A stretch of 64,000 nt of DNA, from contig NC_086118.1 in assembly GCF_963921235.1 (NCBI RefSeq), positions 27,840,001-27,904,000 on the forward strand. The letters run 5' to 3'. The translations under genes and the position numbers were made by a program. A model generated the notes under the pieces. That model made no database searches and was not told the DNA's origin. It saw only the letters and a program-made list of their open reading frames with translations. The stretch comes from Mobula hypostoma. Its lineage: Eukaryota. Positions 1 through 13,194 of this stretch are shown one piece after another (positions within the stretch are counted from its first letter, which is position 1; each line of letters opens with the position of its first letter).

Positions 1-2091
1 TGGAATATTTACCATGTTGACTGCAGATCTTCAACTTCTTGCAAAGAAAAATGGACTTAATTCTTAAATGAGTACAAATCAAATTTATACTGAGGTGGGT
101 ATCATTTCTGAATTTGATGAGACTGAAAGAATAGAATGAAGAACAAAATGCTCTCTTCCATGCTTTACATTCAAACATAAAGTATGCCTAAAGTGCAGTT
201 CCAAAGACGAAGTTAATTTTATCCACCAGATCTTGTTCTTCACAATGGAGAGACATTGGTCACTGAGAATCTTAATGACTTAATATTTTTAACCTAGAAG
301 CCTCCTCTCTGTCAGCATCTTGACTGACCAGTTTTAGATTTTGCAGCAAGACGACAAGCGGTGATTGAGGCTGGAGCTTCCACTGAATAATTTAGAGTTC
401 CTGAATGTACATAAACATTAAACAAGAACCATCTGTAAAATGTGTACAAAACTGACGAGGTGCTGTCATATTGATCTCTGTGAGGGGTCGGTTTAAAATG
501 TCTGTGCAGTTTAGCACACGTTGTAGGACTGTAGAAACCTTTGTCATCTACCCATGTGTACAAAACCTCTATACTAAACCATCAGCACAGCGAATGAGGA
601 GGAAATGGTGATAATATCATTCAAAAAACATACTGAGGAGACTCCATTATTGTTTTCCACTCAAAATAATGAATACTACATTCTACTTTATGTAACATGA
701 TCTAACACATCAGAATATAACCTATTTTCCATTCAATTCATGTATTATATTTCCTAATCTAATTCAATGTAAAGATTTTACAATATTCACTTTCTTTGAG
801 ATTAAAGAAAATCAGGCATTATTATATTTTTATACACATAAAACTTGAGAGCATATCCATGTATGTCTCCAAGCAGTGAGATACCGATGTGATACATTAA
901 TCTCTCAGCCATGAGTAATCCTCAGAACGGTTTCAGCTCTTCACTCTCTTCACATTATTTGCATCATTTCAATAACTCTTGAGTTTCGGTTCACATTGGA
1001 TTTTTGCAGTGCACGCACATTTACTATTGAAAGCAGTATTTCATGTTACAACAAGAAAAAGCAAAGACTTCAAAGTATTAACTTTGAAATGCGAGTGTAT
1101 TGCTGTTTCATATCATTGTTACACACTATTCTGCACTACATTTATCACAGTAGCAATGTAAATGTAGTATGAAAGGTTTCTAAAGGAACCAAAAGCTGAA
1201 TAAATGATAATGAGTAGCTCCAGGGCCCCCTAGTGGTCCTTTTCAACCAAGAGTTGAACGTCCTTGAATTACTCCTGATGTTGTTATTCATTATAAATAT
1301 TTAACTAAACATTGATGCATGTTTACAAAAAAAATCAAAGTTATACTGTGAAAAGTTTGTGTATTTTCATTGCCCTTCAGTAACACTGCTAACTGACTTG
1401 AAAGGACATCACAGCTATGGTTGGAAATTTCAGTTTCAGCTGGGAATGCCAAACATGCTGTTCCCTGAGCTATTAAAATTCATGAGATAAACTTGTTTCC
1501 ATAATGCTGTTTGGTTTGGAAGTGAATGACAACAACTGAACAGTGATAATTTTTCGAAGCAGGTTCCCACATACCCTGGAGGTAATTTGCATCCTTGGCC
1601 AGGATTGGAGAGGTGTTCCCAAACTAAGCTTGTCAACTTCTGTCAGGGTATCATGTAGATAGAGTCCACTGCAGTATTTGTACTGGTGGTATGAGAGGAA
1701 CTGATGTCTAGATTGCTTTGTCTTGGATGATGTTAAGCTCCTGAAGCTGTTACCCAGCATATGGCTTGCTGTCGTTGCCACAGCCTTTTTGCAATTTGGT
1801 CCAATTGTGGTTCTAATCACTGCGCAAGTGTGTTGACATCAGTGAGTTAGGCCGGCGGGAGGCATTTTAAAGGAAAGAGTTTTTTCTTCAGCGGTTTGAT
1901 CGAGGCATGACTGCACAAGTGCGTGGACATCAGCAAGTTAGACCAGCAGGAAGGATTTAAATAGAAGACAGCTTTATAGAGCGGGCATCAGAGGAGCAGG
2001 TGACAGAGTAGAGGGAGTCCGTGTAGGAGGGCTTCGGCTCCATGGAGCTTTGGCAATAACGGGTTGAGGCGAGGTAAGTTATTTGTGAAGA

Positions 2092-3075
2092 ATGGAAACA
2101 GGAAGTATGTCTGTGAGGCTGGTATTCTGGACTGAGTGTCAGATGTGTGATGTCTGGAAGACTCACAGCCTTCCGGACAGCCACATCTGCATCTGGTGCG
2201 TCAAGCTGCAACTCCTTAGGGACCGGGTTAGGGAACTGGAGACGCAGCTCAATGATCTTCATCTGGTCAGGGAAAGTGAGGAGGTGATAGAGAGGAGTGA
2301 TAGGCAAGTAGTCACATCAGGGTCTCAGGAGGTCAATAAGTGGGTAACAGTCAGGAGAGGGAAGAGCAAGAGTCAGATACTAGAGAGTACCCCTGTGGCT
2401 GTCCCCGTTAACAATAAGTACTCCTGTTTGAGTACTGTTGGCAGGGGGCACGAACTACCTGGGGGAAGTAACAGTGGCCACACCTCTGGCACAGGGTCTG
2501 GCCCTGTGGCTCAGAAGGGTAGGGAAAGGAAGGGGATGGCAGCAGTGATAGGGGACACTACAGTTAGGGGGTCAGACAGGTGATTCTGTGGATGCAGGAA
2601 AGAAACGCGGATGGTAGTTTGCCTCCCAGGTTCCAGGTCCGGGATGTTTTCTGATTGTGTCCACGATAGTCTGAAGTGGGAAGGTGAACAGCCAGAGGTC
2701 ATGGTACATATTGGTACATATCCCTGTAGACATAAGTAGGAAAAGGGAGGAGGTCCTGAAAACAGACTACAGGGAGTTAGGAAAGAAGCTGAGAAACAGG
2801 ACATCAAAGATAGTAATCTTGGGATTACCGCCTGTGCCACGCGATAGTGAGTATAGGAATAGAGTGAGGTGGTGGATAAATGTGTGTCTGAGAGATTGGA
2901 GCAGGGGGCAAGGATTCAGATTTCTAGATCACTGGGACCTCTTTTGGGGCATGCGTGACCTGTACAAAAGGACAGGTTGCACTTGAATCCCGGGGGACCA
3001 ATATCCTGGTAGGGAGGTTTGCTAAGGCTATTTGGGAGAGTTTAAACTGGAATTGCTTGGGGAGGGGGAACTGAA
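2092..3075 (+). pseudogene. CR1 ORF1 (Cys-rich finger, coiled coil, SGNH/GDSL-like esterase), disrupted
   Basis: ECQMC...HICIWCVKLQLLRDRVRELETQL; VIGDTTVR (GDS-like); IVILGLPPVPR; FRFLDHWDLFWG. Broken by a stop at 2581-2583 and frameshifts. Confidence 0.88.
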
Positions 3076-3167
3076 CTGAAGAGACAGAGGAAGGGGTGGT
3101 TGGCTCACAAATAGAGAAAGCTTGTAGACAGTGTGAGAGGGAGAATAGGCAGGTGATAAGAAGAAAT

Positions 3168-6063
3168 ATGAACAAAGCGGATGAGCTTACAGCGTGGATC
3201 ACTACTTGGAGCTATGATGCTGTGGCCATTGGAGAGACTTGGATGGCTCAGGGACAGGAATGGCTACTTAGAGTGTCAGGCTATAGATGTTTCAGGAAAG
3301 ACAGGGAGGGAGGCAAAAGAGGTGGGGGCGTGGCACTACTGATCAGAGATAGTGTCACGGCTGCAGAAATGGAGGAGGTCATGAAGGGATTGTCTACTGA
3401 GTCACTGTGGGTGGAAGTTAGAAACAGGAAGGGGTCAATAACTCTACTGGGTGTTTTTCATAAACCACCCAACAGTAACAGGGACATCGAGGAGCAGATA
3501 GGGAGACATGTTCTGGAATGGCGCAGTAATAACAGGGTTGTCGTGATGGGGGATTTTAATTTCCCCAATATTGATTGTCATCTCACTAGAATGAGGGGTT
3601 TAGATGGGGTGGAGTTTTCTCAGTGTGTTCAGGAAGGTATTGGGAAATGAACCTGGTCAGGTTTCAAGTCTCTCAGTGGGAGAGCATTTTGGAGATAGTG
3701 ATCATAATTCTATCTCCTTTACCATAGCATTGGAGAGGGACAGGAACATTCAAGTTAAGAAAGCATTTAATTGGAAGTAAGGTGGAAATATGAAGCTTGC
3801 TGGGAACTTGGAAGCATAAATTGGGAACAGATGTTCTCAGGGAGATGTACAGCAGAAATGTGGCAAATGTTCAAGGGATATTTGTGTGGCATTCTGCATA
3901 GGTACATTCCAATGAGACAGGGAAAGGATGGTAGGGTACAGGAACCATGGTATACAAAGGCAGTTGAAAATCTAGTCAAGAAGAAAAGAAATGCTTACGG
4001 AAGGTTCAAAAAACTAGGTAAAGATAGAGATCTAGAAAATTATAAGGCTAGCAGGAAGGAACTTAAGAATGAAATTAGGAAAGCCAGAAGGGTCAATGAG
4101 AAGGCCTTAGCGAGCAGGATTAAGGAAAACCCCAAGGCATTCTGCATGTATGTGAAGAGCAAGAGGATAAGACGTGAGAGAATAGGACCAATCAAGTGAG
4201 ACAGTGGAAAAGTGTGTATGGAACTGGAGGAGCTAGTTGAGGTACTTAATGAATACTTTGCTTCAGTATTCACTATGGAAAAAGACCTTGGCGATTGCAG
4301 GGATGACTTACAATGGACTGAAAAGCTTGCGCATGTAGACATTAAGAAAGAGGATGCACTGGAGCTTTTGGAAAGTATCAAGTTGGATGAGTCACCGGCT
4401 ACTATGGAAGGCGAGGGATGAGAATACTGAGTCTTTGGCAATGATCTTTGCATCATCAATGTGGATGGGAGAGGTTCCTGAAGATTGGAGGGTTGTAGAT
4501 GTTGTTCCCTTATTTGAGAAAGCGAGTAGAGATAGCCCAGGAAATTATAGACCAGTGTGTCTTGCTTCAGTGGTTGGTAAGTTAATGGAGAAGATCCTGA
4601 GAAGCAGGAATTATGAACATTTGGAGAGGCATAATATGATTAGGAGTAGTCAGCATGGCTTTGTCAAAGGCAAGTTGTGCCTTCTGAGCCTGATTGATTT
4701 TTTTGAGGATGTGACTAAACACATTGATGAAGATACAGCAGTAGATGTAGTATATATGATTTTTAGTAAGGCATTTGATAAGGTACCCCCATGGAAGGCT
4801 TATTGAGAAAGTAAGGAGGCATGGGATCCAAGGAACATTGCTTTGTGGATCCAGAACTGGCTTGCCCACAGAAGGCAAAGAGTGCTTGCAGACAGGCCAT
4901 ATTCTGCATGGAAATCAGTGACCAGTGGTGTGCCTCAGGGATCTGTTCTGTGACCCCTTCTCTTCGTGATTTTTATGACCTGGATGAGGAAGTGGAGGGA
5001 TGGGTTAGTAAATTTGCTGAAGACAAAAAGGTTAGGGATCTTGTGGTTGGTGTGGAGGGCTGTCAGAGGTTACAGCAGGGCATCAATAGGATGCACAACT
5101 GGGCTGAGAAGTGGCAGGCGGAGTTCAACCCAGATAAGTGTGAGGTGTAAACACGAGGAATTCTGCAGATGCTGGAAATTCAAGCAACACACATCAAAGT
5201 TGCTGGTGAACGCAGCAGGCCAGGCAGCATCTCTAGGAAGAGGTACAGTCGACGTTTTGGGCCGAGACTTCGTCCTGACGAAGGGTCTCAGCCCGAAATG
5301 TCGACTGTACCCCTTCCTAGAGATGCTGCCTGGTCTGCTGCGTTCACCAGCAACTTTGATGTGTATTGCTTAAGTGTGAGGTGGTTCTTTTTGCTAGGTA
5401 AGATATGATGACAGAGTATAGTATTAATGGTAAGTCTCTTGGCAGCATGGAGGATCAGAGGGATCTTGCAGACCAAGTCCATAGGACACACAAAGCTGCT
5501 GCTCAGGTTGTCTCTGTGGTTAAGAAGGCATATGGTGCATTGGCCTTCACCAATCGTGGAACTGAGTTCAAGAGCAGAGAGGTAATATTACAGCTATATA
5601 GGACCCTGGTCAGGTCCCATTTAGAGTACTGTGCTCAGTTCTGGTCACCTCACTGCAGGAAGAATGTGGAAACTATAGAAAGGGTGCTGAGGAGATTTAC
5701 AAGGATGTTGCCTGGATTGGGGAGCATGCCTTATGACAATAGGTTGAGTGAACTTGGCCTTTTCTCCTTGGAATGACAGAGGATGAGAGGTGACCTGATA
5801 GAGGTGTACAAGATGATGAGAGGCATTGATCATGTGGATAGACAGAGGCTTTTTCCCAGGGCTGAAATTGCTAACATGAGAGGACCCATAAGGTGCTTGG
5901 AAGTAGGTACAGAGGAGATGTCAGGGGTAAGTTTTTTACACAGAGAGTGGTGACTGCATGGAATGGGCTGCTGGCGATGGTCGTGGAGGCGGATACAATA
6001 GGGTCTTTTAAGAGGCTCTTGGACAGGTACATGGTGTTTAGAAAAATAGAGGGCTATGGGTAA
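3168..6063 (+). pseudogene. CR1 ORF2 (AP endonuclease plus reverse transcriptase), disrupted
   Basis: YDAVAIGETW, GGGVALLI, VVMGDFNFPNID, NYRPVCLASVVGKLME, QHGF, SKAFDKVP, KFAED, LEYCAQFWSP in successive frames. Confidence 0.92.
5148..5370. mobile_element. Palindromic non-autonomous Penelope-derived mini-element with hammerhead motif
   Basis: Long inverted arms; 13-bp TSD TAAGTGTGAGGTG (5135-5147 and 5371-5383); arm sequence matches the 3' terminus of the PLE at 55515-55617; + strand core GTC-CTGACGA-AGGGTCTCAGCCC-GAAA-TGTC-GAC. Confidence 0.88.
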
Positions 6064-6174
6064 CCTGAGGTAACTTCTAAAGTAAGTACATGTTTGGCAC
6101 AGCATTGTGGGCTGAAGAGTCTGTATTGTGCTGTAGGCTTTCTATATTCTACGTTCTATAATCAATTTAATTAA

Positions 6175-6475
6175 ATGATTTTATTATTGTCACATGTTTG
6201 AATTTACAGTGCAAGACTTGTCTTCCATGTCGTTCATACAGGTCAATTCAATACAACAATGCATAGAGGTAGTACAAGGTAAAACAATAACAGATTGTGG
6301 AGTAATGTGTTGCACTACAGAGAAAGTGTCCATTTTACTATAGTAGGAAACCATTCAACAGAAGCTGTCCTTGAGCCTGGTAATTTGTGCTTTCAAGATT
6401 TTACATGTTCTGCCTGATTGGAGGGGGCAGAAGACAGAATGCCCAGGGTGGGTGGAATGTGTGATTATACTGGCA
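6175..6475 (-). mobile_element. Rex1/Babar-type LINE 3' fragment
   Basis: GAAGCTGTCCTTGAGCCTGG...TTCTGCCTGATTGGAGGGGG resembles the 3' ends of the other Rex1-type copies in the window. Confidence 0.6.
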
Positions 6476-6679
6476 GTTGATTTATGCTGATGTGATTACT
6501 AACCAATGGCAAACCCCAAGCAATAAATTGTAATGGCATGTCAAGAGAGGTGGTTGGGCTTTCCCTGACATTGGCTGGCATGGTCCTGCCTTTGCTGTTC
6601 CTTGGGACAAATCAGCACTTGCCCGAATATTGCCTTGGTTCTGTTGCACGCAATCATGGATTGCTTCATTTTCCGAGGA

Positions 6680-7352
6680 GTTGAGAATGGAGCCTTATTC
6701 CACGAAAGCTGCTAGAAGCAGGCTTTGAATATTTTTTTAAAGCAAATGTAGATAGGTATTTGATAGAGAAAGTTCGAAGCAGGTATGTGGAACTGAAATC
6801 TGCCATTATCTTATGAAATTCAGAACAGGTTTGAGAAGCCAAGTGGTTTCCACCTGCTCCTAATGTGTATGTTTGCATTGTGCTGGCATCACTGAGCATT
6901 CACAAACTATAAGATGTAGGAGCAGAGTTATGCCATTCTGTCCATTGAGCCTGCTTCACTATTCCATCATGGCTGATTTATTATGCCTTTCAACTCCATT
7001 CTCCTGTGTTTCCCCATATTCTGTAATGCCCTTACTAATCAAGAACCTATCAAACTTTGCTTTAAATATACCCAGTAACTTGGCCTCCACAGCCATATAG
7101 TATGTGGAAATAAATTTCACAAATCCACTCACAAATAACAGAAAATTTGCAGTTGCTGGAAAACCAGGCAACACATACAAAGTGCTGGATGAACTCAGCA
7201 GGCCAGGCAGCATTTATGGAAAAGAGTACATTTGACTTTTCAGGCCGAGTTCCTGTGGGGTCCTCCAACATTTTGTGTGGGTTGCCTCCACAAATTCACT
7301 GTCCTGTAGCTAAACAAATTCCTCTCCATCTCTGTTTTAAAGGAATGTCCTT
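6680..7352. mobile_element. Two CR1 3'-end fragments (+ 6680-6873, - 6905-7352); the second is split by a PLE-terminal fragment at ~7135-7287
   Basis: Typical CR1 3' motifs (GIFKAKFDRFLISKG on the - strand); insert GCAGTTGCTGGAAAACC...CCAACATTTTGTGTG flanked by near-duplicated CACAAATYCACT. Confidence 0.65.
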
Positions 7353-7414
7353 CTATTTCTCTCTCTCTCTCCCCCTTTCTTTCTATCTCTATCTTTATCT
7401 CTTTATCTCTAAAA

Positions 7415-7895
7415 TATAATGATTTTTGACACTGATTGTTCACGAGAAATAAGCAGTAAGACAATTTGAAACTGTTGCTCACTGTGGTATCAAGCATTAT
7501 GTCTTGGGGATTTCAGAAATGGCCAGGTGTAAAAATGAAACTATTTCACTATTTCAACAAGTTAGAAACTACGAATAATTTTGAAGGTATCAACAATCAT
7601 CTTGAATGTTACAATGAAAATGAAGATTTGGAGAATGCATTGTATGAAAGCAGTCCATTATCTGCACTCAGTGTCTGTGCTGATTCTGACAATCAAAAGA
7701 ATATGGCAGAATAAATTGATTGAATTCCTCCATTGATATCTATTCGAAACCAATACAGAGTTTTGTAGTATTGTAGTAGTGTTAGTAATGTTCTAATTTG
7801 TTCTGTAATTAATTTAAATATATAATATGTTACTCAATTAAACAGTGTCTTTTCTATATCTTTTAACATTGGCTAACTGAGGCAGTCATTTAATA
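7415..7895 (+). mobile_element. Possible Tigger/pogo DNA transposon remnant
   Basis: GACAATTTGAAACTGTTGCTCACTGTGGTATCAAG resembles the pogo C-terminal TIxNCFxHCGFK motif with frameshifts; no TIR pair established. Confidence 0.4.
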
Positions 7896-7924
7896 TCAGG
7901 CTATTTCTGACTTTAGTTCAATAG

Positions 7925-8347
7925 TTCATTAGTTCCATTTAATATCAGAGAAATGTACACAGTATACATCCTGAAATTCTTTTCCTTTGCAGGCATCCAT
8001 GAAAACAGAAGAGTGCCCCAAAGAATAAGTGACAGTTAAAACATTAGATCCCCAAAAGTCCCCCTTACTCCCCCTCCCATGAACAAGCAGCAGCAAGGCG
8101 ATGTTCCTCCCTCACCGTGCCTCCCCCACCTCCACAAAAAGCATCAATACCCTTCACCCACCAAGCATGCAATTGCAGGGTTCCCAATAAAGACCATGAT
8201 CTGCAGTTACAACGAAAACTAATCATTCTCCAGACAATTCAACATGCCACAGGCTCTCTCTCTCCCTGATAAAGCGAAAAAGAGATGTCCCCTTTCACAG
8301 CGAGAGGGAGACGCAACAGAACAACTCACTGATTTATGGTGTTAAAA
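7925..8347 (-). mobile_element. Partial copy of the non-autonomous retroposon at 27836-28622
   Basis: Aligns with 27836-28220 (TCAGAGAAATGTA...CATCCTGAA...AGTGCCCCAAAGAAT...GACAGTTAAA). Confidence 0.7.
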
Positions 8348-11003
8348 CTTCCATAGTCTTGATCTAAGTCACCAAAGTGTCAGATCCAATAAAAATACCA
8401 GATTTCTAACCCAGAAGTCATGTAGTGGAATTAAGCAATTAAGGTCATCCACAATTTTTCATAACTGGTTTTTAAAGTAAACCTGGAAGGGAATATGCAG
8501 TATTTATGCTCAGTGGCCTACAGAAAGATAGTCCAGTTAATGGCATAACCAGAATGGCCTGTTTACATCTCCTAAATTTATATAAAGATTTAGTTTGAGT
8601 TGCAGCATAAAATTATGGAAAACAGACTTGATCCTTTAATTTGAAGTTATGCCAGACTCAAGTCAATTACCAATTCTGATGTTGTAAACTTTTAAGGCAA
8701 CATTTTTAGTTGCAAAGTCTAAAGTCTTCAGTATAACTGAATGCATGTTCGGAGGTCAATGCAAACACATCCCTCCCTTATTTTTAACTTGATTTCACTT
8801 GGGAAAGTTCAGTTGATTTAATGGTGGACTTTCAGTGTTAATTATCAAAGTTTAGCCTTGTTGACAAAGAAGACTGAAAGAATTTGTTTGCTGCAAGGTT
8901 CTTCAGTAAACAAGGTTTTGCATTGTGAGACAAGAGACTGCAGATGCTGGAATCTGGAGCAGAAATCAAACTGCCTGAGGAACTCTGCTGGTCAGATAAG
9001 GTTTTTGGTGAGCAAAAAGCACAATAGGAGAAAGTTTCACTTGGAATGCATTTTATTAAACCCTTCCTTCAAAATATGTAAACAAGTCTATAAAAATTAC
9101 TTATAAACAATGGATTACATATAAACACTGCATACAATGACGGTAAAACAGTACATGATAAGAATAAATATGCCTGAACTGTTAATCATTACTTAGCTCT
9201 TTTGACATTAATACTTGTAGTGGTATTTTTTGCTTAACATTGGCACATTCATGTGGTAATACTGTATTGGGATATCTGTGTTTGTTTTACTTTAAATGTG
9301 AGAGTATTTTTCAATTTAAATCCAATAATGGAATTTTATTCACTGGTCATAATAAAATGCGGCAACATCATGATATAGGTAAAGGTCAGCTAAGTGGTCA
9401 CACCACAATAACATATGAAATTATCACAAAATTTCTAAAGCTGTCACCATTTCTTTTAACAAATGCATCCAGACCTTCAGTAACAATGATTTTAACTCAT
9501 AATAATATTAAAGACATCAGGTGGCCAATTGCAGAGTCAGAATGGTGGTTACCACCTCATGAAAATTGACAGAAACAAATGCCTCAGGAAACCAAAAATC
9601 TTTTAAAAGGACATTGAAATCAGGCCATGGTCATATGGAAGTACAGCATTGGATATATTATTCATACAGAAAGCAACAACATGGGAAGAGACAAACCACT
9701 CATAGACAAATTTGGAATTGGAATTTCCTTCCTCAATGCCTGTGGTTTGGCTGTCTGCAAAATGTATTAAATCCACAGAGAAGTAATTACCATGGTTTCA
9801 CAACGTCTGGATTCCGCCCCCAAAATGTTTGAACATGTTACCGAGAAGAAGCCCACTCAATGGATATTTTTAAGGGCTGACAAATCTATTTTTTCATCAA
9901 AACGTCTTTGTATGAAAATGGTTAGAATGTCCATTTGGATTCTATTTTGATCAGAAGACAGCAGATTAATTTTAAAAGACATTTATGACCGGCGGTACCC
10001 CTAGACCAGTTGTATCCCATCGAGACAGTGTCAAGATAAATTCAGAAATTATTGTATCAGAAAAGAGGTGAGAAGCACCTGCATACATATTTATTGGTAG
10101 CAAGTGTGGAGAATGAAAGGGGAAATGGCAGAATGGTGGGCAATACTTAAGTAAAATTCTGCAACTGAAAGAGGAATGAATGTGAGACATAAATTCTGTA
10201 AGATACATCATGGTAGGCTGAACCAGAAGATTAAGGAGGAGTACGGACCATCAGGCCGTACTCCTGCTCCCAGTTTACAAACAGAAACTGAAACGGGAGG
10301 TCATGGTGTCAAAAGTGGTGTCGCATTGGATGGAGGAAACGGATGAGGTGCTCCGTGACTGCTTTGAATCGGTGGACTGGTTAGTATTCAAGGACTCAGC
10401 AGCTAACCTCAATGAGTATGCCTCAGCTGTCACAGACTTTATTTGGAAATGCACGGAGGACTGTGCGTCTCACAAGACGATCCGGGTATTCCCTAACCAG
10501 AAACCTTGGATGAATTATGAGGTCAAGTCCCATTTGAAGGCTAGAGCTGCGGCTTTTAGGTCCGGGGATACCAGTCGCTACACGGAATCCAGGCGTGAAC
10601 TCCAGAAAGCCGTTAAGTGCGCCAAGAGGCAATATCGAGCCAAGTTGGAAGCCCAGGCTAACCAGAGAGATGCCAGTAGACTATGACAGGGTCTAAATGA
10701 GATCACTGGGCGCAAAGAAAAGGTTGGGAATATCAATAACTGTGGCACTTCTCTTCCTGATGAACTTAACGTATTCTACGCAAGATTCGAACAGAAGAGG
10801 AGCGTCCCGCTCCCTCCGGATGAACCGGACCTAGTGGCATCGAGATTCATCGTCACCGAGGAGGACGTTAGAAGGGCCTTCCTGAAGATAAATCCAAGGA
10901 AGTTGACGGGCCCAGATGGCATCCCGGGACAGGTTCTCCAGGCCTGTGCAGGCGAGCTAGTTGGAGTGTTTGCTGGCATCTTCAACTGCTCCTTGCTTCA
11001 GTC

Positions 11004-11848
11004 TGTTACGAGAATACACATAAAATTAAGATGTTTGCTGGCCTGGGCTAGCATCAGTGGCATCAGCAGTTGGTCTGCCACCTGCCCTCAGGGGAAGGAG
11101 AGATAAGGAACAATGGAGCAGCGTCTGGAGATGTGTAATGAAGGGATGTGGGAGGGAGAGCTGTCTGGAGCGGCTCCCCCCTTTGAACCCTGAACTGTTT
11201 GAAGTGATGGACAGGCGATACCCCAGCAGGGGGATAAAAAGGGACAGGTTCGCTAAGACGACACACACGCCACCCGAGGTAACAAGACCCTGGAAGCGGT
11301 GCGCCTCTCACGAGTGGGTGAGAAGTGCCAGACAACGATAAGGGTGGAAAGGTACGATCAGCGGGAACCCGGTGTGTGTCCGCCCTTGCCTGGGTGCCGG
11401 GTTCACTGCAGAGGATCGACCGCATCTGGAGGAGGGGTCACAGTCGGTGACCTCAGGTGACATCACCAAGGACCCGCCCAAAAAGTTGCTCGTGAGCCAT
11501 CTTGCTGGTCTGTGAGTGAAGCCGTTCTGAATGATGAGTTGTTCCTGTTCTCTCTGTCTCTCTTCCCCCACGTTGTCCATCACCATGGAAACGATTACTG
11601 CGAACTGAACTTTGAGTCATTTTGAAATTTGGTCATTTACCCCTAGACAACGATAGAGCTTGATTGATGCTGTTATCTTAATTCTGTGCACATGTGTGTT
11701 TATCATCACTGAACTGTTGCATTTATTATCCTTTCGATTACTGTGTTGCTTGTTTCCTTAATAAAACTTTCTTAGTTCTAGTACTCCAGACTCCAACTGA
11801 GTGATCCATTTCTGCTGGTTTGGCAACCCAGTTACGGGGTACGTAACA
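11004..11848 (+). mobile_element. Solo LTR (845 bp) of the Gmr1-like family at 42792-47651
   Basis: TGTTACG...CGTAACA termini; 4-bp TSD AGTC (11000-11003 and 11849-11852); near-identical to the reverse complement of the LTRs at 42792-43647 and 46773-47651; AATAAA at ~11759. Confidence 0.97.
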
Positions 11849-11892
11849 AGTCTAAGATCCCCTCATGTTTTAAGAAGGCAACGATAATCCCA

Positions 11893-13194
11893 GTGCCAAA
11901 GAAGAGCAAGGTGGCATGCCTGAATAACTATCCACCTGTGGCTCTGACATCAATTGCTATGAAGTGCTTCGAGAGATTGGTTATGGCACACATCAACCAC
12001 AGCCTACCGGTCAACCTCGACGCTTTGCAATTCACCTACCGGAGCAACAGGTCAACGGCAGATGCCATCTCTCTGGCCCTACATTCCTCCTTAGAACACC
12101 TGGAGGATAAAGACGCATACGTAAGGCTCCTTTTCATTGACTACAGCTCTGCCTTTAATACCATCATTCCAAATAAACTGATTCTTAAGCTCCGGAACCT
12201 GGACCTTAGCACTCAGGTCTGCAGCTGGATCTTCAGCTTCCTCATAGACAGGACCCAGGCTGTAAAAATAGGGGTCAAGCTCTCCTCTACAATCGCTCTG
12301 AGCACCGGTGCCCCACAAGGCTGTGTACTCAGCCCCCTGCTTTACTCACGGTACACCCATGATTGTGTAGCCAAGTTTCCATCAAACTCAATATATAAGT
12401 TTGCTGATGACACAACAATTGTAGGCCGTATCTTGGGTAATGATGAGTTTGAGTACAGAGAGGAAATTAAGAACCTGGTGGCATACTGTGAAGACAATAA
12501 CCTATCCCTCAATGTCAGCAAGACGAAGGAATTGGTTGTTGACTTCAGAAAGAGTAGCGGACCGCACTACCCAATTTACATCGATGGTGCGCAAGTGGAA
12601 CAGGTCAAAAACTTTAAGTTCCTTGGGGTCAATATCACAAATGACCTGACTTGGTCCAACCAAGCAGAGTCCACTGCCAAGAAGGCCCACCAGCGCCTTT
12701 ACTTCCTGAGAAAACTAAAGAAATTTGGCCTGTCCCCTAAAACCATCACTAATTTTTATAGTTGCACCGTAGAAAGCATTCTCCTAGGGTGCATCACAAC
12801 CTGGTATGGAAGTTGTCCTGTCCAAGACCGGAAGAAGCTGCAGAAGATCATGAACACGGCGCAGCACATCACACAAACCAATCTTCCATCCTTGGACTCA
12901 CTTTACACCGCACGCTGTCGGAGCAGTGCTGCCAGGATAATCAAGGACACGACCCACCCAGCCAACACACTTTTCGTCCCTCTTCTCTCCGGGAGAAGGC
13001 TCAGGAGCTTGAAGACTTGTACGGCCATATTTTGGGAACAGCTTCTTTCCAACTATGATAAGACTGATGAACGGATCCTGACCCGGATCTGGGCCGTACC
13101 CTCCAAATGCCTGGACCTGCCTCTCGGTTTTTTTGCACTACCTTACTTTCCATTCTTCTATTTTCTATTTATGATTTATAATTTAAATTTTTAA
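11893..13194 (+). CDS. Rex1-type reverse transcriptase domain (open portion of a disrupted ORF)
   Basis: [55 protein letters not shown]; frameshift near 13030. Confidence 0.85.
   Translation: MPKKSKVACLNNYPPVALTSIAMKCFERLVMAHINHSLPVNLDALQFTYRSNRSTADAISLALHSSLEHLEDKDAYVRLLFIDYSSAFNTIIPNKLILKLRNLDLSTQVCSWIFSFLIDRTQAVKIGVKLSSTIALSTGAPQGCVLSPLLYSRYTHDCVAKFPSNSIYKFADDTTIVGRILGNDEFEYREEIKNLVAYCEDNNLSLNVSKTKELVVDFRKSSGPHYPIYIDGAQVEQVKNFKFLGVNITNDLTWSNQAESTAKKAHQRLYFLRKLKKFGLSPKTITNFYSCTVESILLGCITTWYGSCPVQDRKKLQKIMNTAQHITQTNLPSLDSLYTARCRSSAARIIKDTTHPANTLFVPLLSGRRLRSLKTCTAIFWEQLLSNYDKTDERILTRIWAVPSKCLDLPLGFFALPYFPFFYFLFMIYNLNF

Larger units (their letters stand above)
1819..6159 (+). mobile_element. 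Near-full-length, defective CR1-clade LINE
   Basis: 5' UTR, then ORF1 (zinc finger/leucine zipper plus esterase) and ORF2 (APE plus RT), ending in a (TTCTAT)-type tail at ~6140-6159. Several stops, frameshifts and internal deletions; interrupted by the insertion at 5148-5370. Confidence 0.93.

Noticed and set aside
312..1820. Short ORFs at 312-563 and 1473-1820 as host exons
   Set aside because: No recognisable domain and no convincing splice-site pair.
11026..11586. ORFs repeated in the three LTR copies (also 43004-43625 and 46985-47629)
   Set aside because: They recur only because the LTR is repeated; indels between copies break the frames.
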